Assembly (NCBI GenBank): GCA_041666505.1
Contig: JBAYGU010000001.1
Span: 477 to 64,476, forward strand
DNA from: Candidatus Buchananbacteria bacterium
GTDB lineage: Bacteria; Patescibacteriota; Patescibacteriia; 2-01-FULL-39-33
Direction: 5' to 3'
DNA length: 64,000 bases
In this document: positions 55,459-64,000 of the stretch, in pieces
Layout of the letters: each line of letters begins with the position of its first letter
Numbering within the stretch: position 1 is the first letter of the stretch
Program-made: the position numbers and the translations under genes
Notes under the pieces: model-generated
What the model was told of the DNA's origin: nothing
Seen by the model: the letters and a program-made list of their open reading frames with translations, nothing else
Database searches by the model: none

Positions 55459-58400
55459 TTATGGAACTGCAATAGCATTATCCACTTCGCCAGCTGGCGG
55501 TACTTCAAAAATATCTTTAGTATTAATTGCGGTAAATCTTTTTTTCAATCCTTCAAAGGCCGTTTCAGCTGCCCTATTTTGAAAGGTGCGTCTGTCTTCA
55601 TTAAAATAAGACGCCTCCACTAACTTCTTAAGTTGTTCCGTTTTTTTCGAGTCAAAATGGATATCATTAATTTCTTCCGTAGTCAGGCCGCTGAGCCATT
55701 CCCTGGTCTTTTTTTTCTGATCATCCCGAAGCTTTCCTTTATTAAGCAGGATTTCCTTTACTAATTCTTCCAGTGTCTGGCGCTTGGCTTTTGTTTCAGA
55801 AACTTCAACTTTTGGTTCTTCCACTGCTGTCTCAGACTTTATTTCAGTCACGCTTCTTTCACCTTCCTGAAAAGTAATTCCCGGGATTTCCTTTTCCACT
55901 ATCGGCAAGCCTATCGGAACATTGCCTGCTTTTTTTTGTCTCAAATCTTCCAATGCGATACGGCCTCCAGTTTCACCTGCTCCGCCTTTCGGATTATTTG
56001 CGCCAACGGCTTCCGATTCCATATCTTTAGTCCGCGGTCCTTCTAATGGCCGCCTAGGATCGAAGGGCAAAACTGGCGGCACATCCCAATCCTTGCCGAT
56101 CGGCAGCTCAGGGTTTTTCATATCGAATGAGTAGCTGAATTTATTCGTTACTGATCCCGACATAACTCCCGCATCGATATTCTTACCGGATATCGTCGCC
56201 AAAACATGGCTATTGCCGGCATCATCAATAATCCTCAATTCGCCGAAACGGAAAGGTATATTGCCATCCTGCATGCTGTTTTTGGCGCCGAATAATTTAG
56301 AAATGGAATCCCCCAGATTAATCTTGCCTGAGCCGTCAGTCGAATCAGTCAGATAGCTTAAGCCCGCTTTATTGTCTCCCTCTGTCGGGAATATCGCCAC
56401 TTTAAGATGTTTGGCCAGTTCCCCTTTGCTCGCCCATTCAGCCAATTGATCCCTTAATCCGGCCAATTTCGTATCCACGCTGCCGTCAGGATTAGTGCCG
56501 AATTCTTTGACCGCGTCCTTGGCGTTTGCCGATAAATTCTCCAATATTCTAGAAGCATCGACCACGACATTGCCGGACGCATCCTTATTCATATAGAACA
56601 TCTGCTGCTTGCCCTCATGCTCGATCAAGCGATTGAAGAATGATGACATTTTCTTGCCCGGTTCATCATGCCAATCAGCCCGAGCATGCTTAGCCAGCCC
56701 TTCCTGCAGCTTGCTGGCCACGCTGACATTTTCCGTTACTTGCGTGTGAGTCTCATTAGGTATTATTCCGCTTTCTTTTAATGACTTCAATAATTCCGGA
56801 TCGATTCGACCAGTCTTGGGATCGAGTTCAATAGGACTTTTTATAATTGAATTTCCTTTGCTATCCAATAACTGGCCATCTCTGAATGCCAGATGCTGCA
56901 CGGCGCCTTCGCCGGCCGTTCCGTGATCGCCTTTGAACCAATGATACATATGTTCCAGGGCGCTTTCCGCTTTAGACGTTCTGCCCAATACATGCTCGCT
57001 GAATTGCCCAGTTATCCATTGGCCGATCGCACCCGCAGCCAAGCCAGTTCCTGCGCCTATTAAAAAACTCTTTTTTCTTTCCCAGCGTTTATAAGCCTCG
57101 AAATTATTATCGTTTTGTTCGATATTGCCGGTTAAATCAGCTTTGATTTCATTTATCAGCGCTTGCATTTCATGACCATCGGGCGACAGATTGAATTTTT
57201 TTCTGATATCTTTTAACGCCACTTTCAAATCCTTCATAGCGATCAGCTTTGTCTTATGCGCTTCGCCTTCCGCCTCAGAAACGCCGATCAAGTCGACTGA
57301 TTTTTCTTTTTCCAACTCAATGCGCGCCATCACATCAGCGATGGCTTTTTTATCCTCATCGGTCAAATTCTCCCTGGCCATGATTTCCGCCAGGCTCGCC
57401 TGCAATTGCTCGGCGCGCTTAAGGTCATAATTAAATTCCCTGATTTTATTCGTTCTTTTGGCATCATCATCAACTTCAATGCCCAAAGTCGAACGACGCA
57501 AATCCATTCCTCGATCATACTGCAGATCGCGAGAACGGCGCATGGCAGTAAACGTTCCGCCCATGCCGGCACCGATTAAAAGCGGCGCCAGCCACGGCGC
57601 TACTCCGGCAACAGTAACTAGCCCGCCCATTGCCGCCAATCTGGCCGTACCCTTGCCAATCACAGCGCCCGCGATTCCGCCGACTACGCCATAAGTCACA
57701 GGATTAGCTATTACTTTATTGAGTATGGGAATATTTTCTGTCGCGTCGACGAATTTTTCATACCACTTCAAAACCGGCTTCGGCTTGGTTTCATACAAGT
57801 CTTTCTGTTTCAATCCTAACTGAATATCCAAAGCCATCTCCGCCTTGACCTGCATTTCTATATTTGCCGCCTGTTCCGGACCAAATTCCTTTCCTAATTC
57901 TTTCACCTGGCTCTCCACTTGTTTCCGATAACCTTCAGCCAAAGCGAATAAATTATTGGCATACATCAAGCCTTCGGCTTCATCCTCCCGGCCGGTTGCG
58001 CCGAACTTCTTATTCTTGTTTTTCAATAGGGCGATAACCCGCACCTCTACGGTCTGATCGAACTCAGCGCGAGTCATATCGGAAGTGGCATAATCGACGA
58101 ATAATTGACCGACCACCAAATTGATTTCGTCATCTTGCACTAAGTCGCCTTTTTCATCAGCATCCATAACCTCATGAGTGAACTCTTCCAAAACAGCGTC
58201 CAATATCTCATATGATTTGTCAATATTTTCTGATTTGATTCCGCTGGTCAGCATCCTGGCTTCTATTTCCGCCATTAGATTCTTATTGTCCTTGATCGCC
58301 GCCAAAGCCTCTTTGTAATATTTCATCAAATAGCCCTTTTCGCCCAAGCGGACTGCAGCCCGCGTCAAAAAATTAGATTGAGATTTATCCAGCATGCTTC

Positions 58401-59997
58401 TGAGTTTCTGCTCCGCTTCACGCCAAGCCATGGCTTTGACAATTTCCGAGATATCAACGATGAAAATCTTTTCTCGCGATTTTTTAATGACTTCTAACTC
58501 TCCGGCGTTTTCCGGCTTGTGTTCGATCTGCAACTGTTCGACAATCGGATCAACAATCACCTTTTCTTTCGGAACAACTTCCAACTCGCTGGCGTTTCTT
58601 GAATCATGAGTAATTTGCAAAGGCGGTTTTATAACTCTTTTTTTAGGCGGTATGACTTCCAACTCGCCAGTACCCGGCTTGTGTTCAATCTGTAATGGTT
58701 CGTCATATGTGATCTCCAATGGCTTAATTTTCGGTTTTTCTTCCGGTTTCTTATCTTCCTGCAAAACAATCTCTCGACGTTTGCTCATCGCCTCCATAGC
58801 CAGCTGGTAATCCTTGTCAGCATCTCCGGTCGAACGCATATCCAACGACGCCAATACAGCTTCTAATTCCGTCCGCCAATGCTGTTCATCTCCCTTCATG
58901 TCCGGACGAATTTCAAAATATCCCCTGCTATTGGCTTGCAAGGTCTCAATTATACCGTTAATTTTCTTTAATTCCTCATCCAGCTTCTTCAATTTATCCC
59001 GATTAACCTCGCCTTCGCCGTCTTGAGCCGCTTTTTCCGTTACCTGCCTCAATGCTTCACCGGTCTGCAAAGGAAAATTATCAGAATCGACCGCATAATC
59101 AACGCCATCCTGATTAAGCGCCGCACTATTGCCCGCCTCCTTATCGGCCTTGGCCCAAGTCTGCCTCGTGGCATCTACCCATTGCCTTACCCTGCCCCTA
59201 ATAGCGCTTTTATTCGTTGATAAGCCATTATAAACTTGGTGCCAAGCGATTTTTTCTTGATGTTCCTGATCCGTCCCCTCCTTATCGCGTCCGATCTTTT
59301 CCAAAGTCTGTTCATACTGCTTCTTCAGATCTTTCGCCAATCTCGCCATGCTTTCCAAATCCTTTTTACGTTCTGCCAGCTTTCCGGCTTCCGTCTCCTG
59401 GCTCTTGGCAATAAGCTTCAGCTCCTCAATCAAGTCATCAACCGGAATGCCTTCGCGCTGGGAGCGATCATCCACTTTGACCTCAAAAGTCAGGTCAGCG
59501 CTGTCTTGAGCTTTATTTTTTGCATTCTCAACGCTTTTTATGATCCATTTTATGCGGTCGGATTTCTGCGCTTCGGGCAGATTCTTCAATATTTCCAGTC
59601 CTTCATCTACCTGGCTGATTATTTTTCTTCTAATCTCAATATTATTCGCAACTTTTTCCGGAGCCTGTTCGCTTACGTTAACAGTAGTTTCCGATTTCGA
59701 AGAAACTTCAATTTTTGCCTCGAACTCGGCTTTTAAGGCAGCGGCTTCGCGCTGGATCGCCTCAATCTCTTGCATGTCTTTTTGAAGATCCAAATCAGAT
59801 TCCTTGATTCCCAGCTCCCTTAATTCGGCCAATATCCTTTTTAAATCACCCTCAGTTTCCGCATTGATCTTATCAGCGCTTTCTTCCATTTTCTGTTTGA
59901 GCTTATCAAGAATTTCGCCCAAAGACTCCCGCCTGGCCAAGGCAACGTCTTCTGGATTTTTTATTTCTTCGATTTTTGCATCTTTAGACTCATCCAT
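55459..59997 (-). CDS. Giant (~1512 aa) coiled-coil/membrane protein of unknown function
   Basis: Long open frame; acidic coiled-coil N-half, three LQI..GELEV-type repeats, Gly-rich TM segments; ATG 59997 preferred. Confidence 0.8.
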   Translation of the reverse strand: MDESKDAKIEEIKNPEDVALARRESLGEILDKLKQKMEESADKINAETEGDLKRILAELRELGIKESDLDLQKDMQEIEAIQREAAALKAEFEAKIEVSSKSETTVNVSEQAPEKVANNIEIRRKIISQVDEGLEILKNLPEAQKSDRIKWIIKSVENAKNKAQDSADLTFEVKVDDRSQREGIPVDDLIEELKLIAKSQETEAGKLAERKKDLESMARLAKDLKKQYEQTLEKIGRDKEGTDQEHQEKIAWHQVYNGLSTNKSAIRGRVRQWVDATRQTWAKADKEAGNSAALNQDGVDYAVDSDNFPLQTGEALRQVTEKAAQDGEGEVNRDKLKKLDEELKKINGIIETLQANSRGYFEIRPDMKGDEQHWRTELEAVLASLDMRSTGDADKDYQLAMEAMSKRREIVLQEDKKPEEKPKIKPLEITYDEPLQIEHKPGTGELEVIPPKKRVIKPPLQITHDSRNASELEVVPKEKVIVDPIVEQLQIEHKPENAGELEVIKKSREKIFIVDISEIVKAMAWREAEQKLRSMLDKSQSNFLTRAAVRLGEKGYLMKYYKEALAAIKDNKNLMAEIEARMLTSGIKSENIDKSYEILDAVLEEFTHEVMDADEKGDLVQDDEINLVVGQLFVDYATSDMTRAEFDQTVEVRVIALLKNKNKKFGATGREDEAEGLMYANNLFALAEGYRKQVESQVKELGKEFGPEQAANIEMQVKAEMALDIQLGLKQKDLYETKPKPVLKWYEKFVDATENIPILNKVIANPVTYGVVGGIAGAVIGKGTARLAAMGGLVTVAGVAPWLAPLLIGAGMGGTFTAMRRSRDLQYDRGMDLRRSTLGIEVDDDAKRTNKIREFNYDLKRAEQLQASLAEIMARENLTDEDKKAIADVMARIELEKEKSVDLIGVSEAEGEAHKTKLIAMKDLKVALKDIRKKFNLSPDGHEMQALINEIKADLTGNIEQNDNNFEAYKRWERKKSFLIGAGTGLAAGAIGQWITGQFSEHVLGRTSKAESALEHMYHWFKGDHGTAGEGAVQHLAFRDGQLLDSKGNSIIKSPIELDPKTGRIDPELLKSLKESGIIPNETHTQVTENVSVASKLQEGLAKHARADWHDEPGKKMSSFFNRLIEHEGKQQMFYMNKDASGNVVVDASRILENLSANAKDAVKEFGTNPDGSVDTKLAGLRDQLAEWASKGELAKHLKVAIFPTEGDNKAGLSYLTDSTDGSGKINLGDSISKLFGAKNSMQDGNIPFRFGELRIIDDAGNSHVLATISGKNIDAGVMSGSVTNKFSYSFDMKNPELPIGKDWDVPPVLPFDPRRPLEGPRTKDMESEAVGANNPKGGAGETGGRIALEDLRQKKAGNVPIGLPIVEKEIPGITFQEGERSVTEIKSETAVEEPKVEVSETKAKRQTLEELVKEILLNKGKLRDDQKKKTREWLSGLTTEEINDIHFDSKKTEQLKKLVEASYFNEDRRTFQNRAAETAFEGLKKRFTAINTKDIFEVPPAGEVDNAIAVP

Positions 59998-60004
59998 ATT
60001 TATC

Positions 60005-60187
60005 CTATTTAATTTTTGACAGGATCCTTCTAATTTTTTCGTCATCGATCTTTCTCAAGACTCGGCTGACTGCCGCATCCTTTTCTTTTTTTAATGCCAG
60101 CAATCTGCTTTCAAACTCAAGATAAATCGCCTCCAGTTCCTCTGGAGTCTTGATTGATGCAGCAGCATTATTTCTTTTGGCCGGCAT
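60005..60187 (-). CDS. Small coiled-coil hypothetical protein
   Basis: 60 aa; 9- and 7-bp gaps to its neighbours. Confidence 0.55.
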   Translation of the reverse strand: MPAKRNNAAASIKTPEELEAIYLEFESRLLALKKEKDAAVSRVLRKIDDEKIRRILSKIK

Positions 60188-60196
60188 ATAAGAAAA

Positions 60197-60514
60197 TTAA
60201 GCGTTCAAATATACAGCGCGGAATTCCAACATTGCCGCCGCCGTTATTTCTTCGATATTCTTCACTCGTCCCTTTAAAAACATCTGGAATTCCGGCTGGG
60301 AATAATCAACCGAGCCTTCCAGCATGCGATTCAGCTCTTGCGCCGTCTCCTCATCCAACTCCTTAGTTATGGATGAAAAAATAAAAGCCTGCAGGCGCGG
60401 ATACATACTGTTTACCATCGCCTCTTTTAATTCCGGAGACAAGTTATCGAACTTTTTTTCCTCGATTACTTTTTCCAAAAAAGCCCGTATTTCTTCTGGG
60501 ATAATTGTCGACAT
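60197..60514 (-). CDS. DUF5663-like hypothetical protein
   Basis: Helical 105-aa protein resembling a small CPR family. Confidence 0.6.
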   Translation of the reverse strand: MSTIIPEEIRAFLEKVIEEKKFDNLSPELKEAMVNSMYPRLQAFIFSSITKELDEETAQELNRMLEGSVDYSQPEFQMFLKGRVKNIEEITAAAMLEFRAVYLNA

Positions 60515-60686
60515 ATTTTATCGGCGCTAAAAATTTAATTGGCTTGTTCTATAAATATATTATACAACTTTTTTTAAAAATAATAAAATACCACTTATAT
60601 GCAATCAGACATATGATGATAAAAAAAATATTATTGCAAATTTGACGTTTGACGATAACGCTGATAAAAGCTAATATTATCTTAGA

Positions 60687-61208
60687 ATGATTGGAAATTA
60701 CCCTATGCCCACAGCCAAGAAAATCGGAGTCAAATTGGTCAAACAGACGCCTGGCTATTGCGGTCCGGCCAGCCTGAAGATGGTCTTAGATTATTTCGGC
60801 GTCAAAAAAAGCCTGGAAGCCTTGGCTAAAATGTCGAGCACGCCTGCTGCCGGAAAAACTGCCGGCGCCTCAGGCAAGAATCTTCTGGCGGCGGCCAAAA
60901 AATTAGGCTTTTCCGGCTCCATGAAAGACTGGGCGAACTTCAGTGATATCCGCAAATACGTCGAGAAGCAAGGCATCCCGGTCATCATTAGCTGGTTTTC
61001 AGGCTACGAGAGCCACTTTTCCGTCGTCGTTAAGATCGATAAAGATAATATTTATTTCCTGGACCCGGAATACTGCGCGCTCAGGAAAATGAGCCTGAAG
61101 AGATTCGAGAAGATCTGGTTCGAATTTGAAGGCGGACTTGGCCAGTCAACGCCCAAGCTCATCGTCAGGCGAATCATCGTCATCCAGCCGAAAAAATCTT
61201 CCAAATAA
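60687..61208 (+). CDS. Stand-alone peptidase C39-like protein
   Basis: Q....CGPASL.MVL.YFG, HFSVV, DP catalytic motifs. Confidence 0.82.
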   Translation: MIGNYPMPTAKKIGVKLVKQTPGYCGPASLKMVLDYFGVKKSLEALAKMSSTPAAGKTAGASGKNLLAAAKKLGFSGSMKDWANFSDIRKYVEKQGIPVIISWFSGYESHFSVVVKIDKDNIYFLDPEYCALRKMSLKRFEKIWFEFEGGLGQSTPKLIVRRIIVIQPKKSSK

Positions 61209-61234
61209 ATTTCATAAAAAACAGTCTGCCGTGG

Positions 61235-61342
61235 GGGGTTGTCCCATTACTCGATTTTTCAGGAATTTTTCAAAAAACAGAAGCTAAAATTAGCTAAAAA
61301 TTTTTTGCAAAATCACCAAAAACGGAGTTTTGGGACAGCCCC
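61235..61342. mobile_element. 108-bp MITE, copy 2 (inverted)
   Basis: Reverse complement of 32365-32472; GTGG duplication; sits in the loop of a terminator hairpin. Confidence 0.9.
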
Positions 61343-61384
61343 GTGGCGGACTGTTTTTTTATTAGCTGAATTGATGAAAGATTC

Positions 61385-62482
61385 TTATCCGCTAATCCTC
61401 TTTCTGAATCTTCCGGTCATACCGACCGCCTTGCCTTTCGCCAAAATAGCGAAACGGCCGGCCGGCCTGCCGATCTCGTCGGTGATATACTTGATATTAG
61501 TATAAGTGGAAGGATAGCCGACCAACTCCATGAAGCCGGCTCCCCTGACTTTTTCTGCGCCAAAGCTGCCTTCGACTTTGAGCGGGCCTTCCCAATAATT
61601 AATCGAACCGAACAGCATCTCCTGATTATCTATCTTAGCTGTCAGATTGAGTTCGATATTCTTCTTTGCTATCTTTATTTTCCAAGCCAGCGGATAAGCC
61701 GCTTGGCTTTTCGGGCTGACCCATTTCTTGGCCAGCGGGATTATCTCAATATCCCGATAATTCTCCTGCCTGCCGTCTGCATAGCAGATATCGGCAAAAT
61801 AAGTCTTAGTTTTGCCATCATCATAAACGCAGCACACGGCTTCTGTGCCATTGTCCAGCTGGATTGAAAACCAATCCCAGCGATCCTGCGAATACTCAGT
61901 ATCCGCCCATTGATGATCCATCCACGATTTGCCGGCAACCTCGATCCACTTATCTTTAATTTTTATTCTGCCCTCTGTCTGTAAGCTGGTCAGAGAATAA
62001 TAGTAAGTTTTTTTCGACTGCAGATCCACGTAACCCTTACCGCCTTCTAGCAGCGGTTTCTTAGTCGAAGTCAGCGTCAATTCAATATCTTCATTTTTTA
62101 AAAAATACTTCGACTCGCTAATTTTTTCTATGACACAATTAATATAGCCATTTTTTATTTCCGGATTCAGATAATTGATGAACAGCTCGGGTCGGGAAAA
62201 GCTGTCATCAGAGACAACAGAAAAAGGCGCTATCCGATGCTGGAATTCTTTTCTCTTCAGATCAGTCAAAAGCGAATGCGAGAAATATGAAATCTTCAGC
62301 GGGATTTTGCTCAAGAATGGGATTTTGACTTTTTTCACATCCACCTTGAACAGGCAATCCATATATGAATACTCATTGCCCTTCTTGTCCTTAAGGTGTC
62401 CATTGAAATACCACCATTCGACAATGCAATCGTGGGCAGATTCGTCTGTCGGAAATTTTATCGGCCTGAATCCCTTGTGCAT
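61385..62482 (-). CDS. AttH/CrtC-like lipocalin-domain protein
   Basis: H....EWWYFNG, YYYS, G.SWMDHQW, WDWFSIQL, YP..W, YWEG, GFMEL.GY. Confidence 0.85.
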   Translation of the reverse strand: MHKGFRPIKFPTDESAHDCIVEWWYFNGHLKDKKGNEYSYMDCLFKVDVKKVKIPFLSKIPLKISYFSHSLLTDLKRKEFQHRIAPFSVVSDDSFSRPELFINYLNPEIKNGYINCVIEKISESKYFLKNEDIELTLTSTKKPLLEGGKGYVDLQSKKTYYYSLTSLQTEGRIKIKDKWIEVAGKSWMDHQWADTEYSQDRWDWFSIQLDNGTEAVCCVYDDGKTKTYFADICYADGRQENYRDIEIIPLAKKWVSPKSQAAYPLAWKIKIAKKNIELNLTAKIDNQEMLFGSINYWEGPLKVEGSFGAEKVRGAGFMELVGYPSTYTNIKYITDEIGRPAGRFAILAKGKAVGMTGRFRKRISG

Positions 62483-62510
62483 ATATTGTATTTTAATTTA
62501 CCGCGAAATA

Positions 62511-62834
62511 TCACGACAAAGGCAGAGTCTGTTTATGCAGCTTGGCATTCCTGCCGGCAATCAAAACCATTGCCAACCAGACAACGACTATTGCTGCGGT
62601 CATAATTACGCCTAATGTCAAAATTTCTCTCAGCATCGCGATCGGATTATTTGCAGCTGTTAAAAAGGGTAAATAAGGTACGATTTCTCCGCTGGCGATA
62701 TGATCGACTATAAGCATTAACGTACCTCCCCAGAGCATCGACATCAGCCATTCGGGATGTAATTTCTGAGGAATTTTTTTGTTCACTGCCGTCACTGCCA
62801 TTGCAGCGACTGCCGGCGCTATGAAACATGCCAT
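62511..62834 (-). CDS. Small membrane protein
   Basis: Three hydrophobic segments; WGG..ML..DHI..GE. Confidence 0.65.
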   Translation of the reverse strand: MACFIAPAVAAMAVTAVNKKIPQKLHPEWLMSMLWGGTLMLIVDHIASGEIVPYLPFLTAANNPIAMLREILTLGVIMTAAIVVVWLAMVLIAGRNAKLHKQTLPLS

Positions 62835-62873
62835 ATATTGGAATTAATAAATAATTATCTAACAAGCTTAGTA

Positions 62874-63337
62874 TTATAAAAGACTTGGATTTCTGCTTGG
62901 ATTATTATCTTCAATCAATTTTCCGACTTCTCTTAAAAGTGCAGTAACGTCTTTATGCGCTTGAGTTATTTCTTGTTGTGATACCGGGTTAGAATCGCCA
63001 TATTCAAGTTGCTGTCTTTTATTTCGCATTTTCTGAATCCTTATAAATTCATTTTCTAACCTTCCATCCATTAATTGGGCGGCAAAGTTAATAATCTTAT
63101 AATGGTGGCTTTTTGTGCTTTGTCTTACTCTGTAACCAAAAAATATAAGCACTCCTTCACAAATAATTCTGGCAGCATCATAAATAGTAATATACACATT
63201 ATCTTCCGCGTCTTTTAAAGCCCTTGCGTTTTCTGCAAAGTTAAGCTTTCCTTGAGCCTTAGCTAATTTTTTAGCGCTGAATCAATAGACGGCTCGATTG
63301 ATTCAGCATCAATGTCCAATAAGGTTGGCATAATCAT
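62874..63337 (-). pseudogene. HEPN-domain toxin, frameshifted
   Basis: Y.A, GYR....HH, R.KR....Y motifs; 5' part joins only if the T6 run at 63267-63272 had one more base. Confidence 0.65.
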
Positions 63338-63890
63338 TAAAATTTCCTTTTAAGATTATCATTTCATTATTAAAAACATTCATAAAAAAACTATCTTTTT
63401 CCACTAATTTTTTATTTATTTCTCCTTTATCGAAAATGTGATAATTAATTTCTCTATTAAGTTCCCTTTCTAGTGCTACGGTTTTTTCGGTAAATAAATT
63501 GGCATCTGGATTGCCAATAATCATTAAGTCAATATCACTATCTGTTACTTCCTGATTTTTAGCCATCGATCCAAAAATAAATGCGCATTCTATATCAGGA
63601 AATATATTAACTAGCTCATGCAGACGATACTGCAGGCCAATGGTTTTAGAAATTATACTCTTTAATTCATTATACAGCGGATAATTTTTATTTAACTTAA
63701 AAAAACGTAAATTTCCCTTACGTTCATCTTCTAATACGCCATCCTCTACAAGACCATCCAAATGCCTCTGATAATATGCCGGTTCTTTATTGAGGCTCTT
63801 TGCAATTTCTCTAAAATAATAAACCCCGTCCGGATTCTTAAAAAAGAAATTTAGGATTTCGCCCTTGCCATTTTATAGGAATTCTAACAT
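63309..63890 (-). pseudogene. HTH-MNT nucleotidyltransferase antitoxin with nonsense codon
   Basis: MLEFL*NGK..., TAA at 63873-63875 (codon 6); wHTH then FIFGSMAK...DSDIDL. Confidence 0.75.
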
Positions 63891-63948
63891 AAATACATTG
63901 TATCATATTTGTTTACAATCGTAAACATTTTGTGTACAATCTTAGTAA

Positions 63949-63979
63949 ATTATCTAAATTGAGACAAAAATTAGTAAAT
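63949..63979. repeat. att-like motif with both arms
   Basis: ATTATCTAAATT-GAGACAA-AAATTAGTAAAT, imperfect 12-bp inverted arms (9/12) around a 7-bp spacer; 19/22 to 26556. Confidence 0.6.
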
Positions 63980-64000
63980 ACCGACTGGCGGTGTTTATTG

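Noticed and set aside
10588-63991. Scattered CGCC-N-GGCG mini-hairpins (e.g. 10590, 34355, 41874, 52725, 63981)
   Set aside because: Mostly parts of terminators; too short to support a distinct element by eye
1-64000. CRISPR array, tRNA/rRNA, integrase, reverse transcriptase or DGR
   Set aside because: No regularly spaced repeat-spacer units, tRNA arm signatures or such enzyme motifs found

Overview
Chromosomal window from a small-genome bacterium, most likely a Patescibacteria/CPR lineage. This is inferred from the TrbC/VirB2-like pilin array, Elp3, RNHCP, DUF5663-like protein, TGS-less ThrRS and near-leaderless core genes; the genetic code is standard. Core genes: porCDAB, ileS, argS, thrS, rpsA, plsX, elp3, HU, ymdB, htpX, lemA, rny, clpP, nrnA, PGI/PMI, PMM. 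A probable 6S RNA lies upstream of rny. The 15.9-32.3 kb accessory block holds four modules: (i) a coupled operon of GT2-HAD, NDK-like, Nudix, GT4, P-loop kinase and Nudix genes; (ii) a FadL-type beta-barrel, a PhcB-like methyltransferase and a 7TM histidine kinase, a candidate lipid-signal system; (iii) two AbiE-type TA cassettes bounded by repeated att-like sites; (iv) an amidohydrolase-coaB-coaC cassette. Other signals: a ~38-bp palindromic element inserted in-frame into IleRS and Elp3, two identical 108-bp MITEs in terminators, a Trm9-like methylase head-to-head with elp3, a 1.5-kaa membrane/coiled-coil protein beside five pilins, and several decayed genes. No tRNA, rRNA or CRISPR array was seen. 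All calls come from motif recognition by eye; no searches were run.
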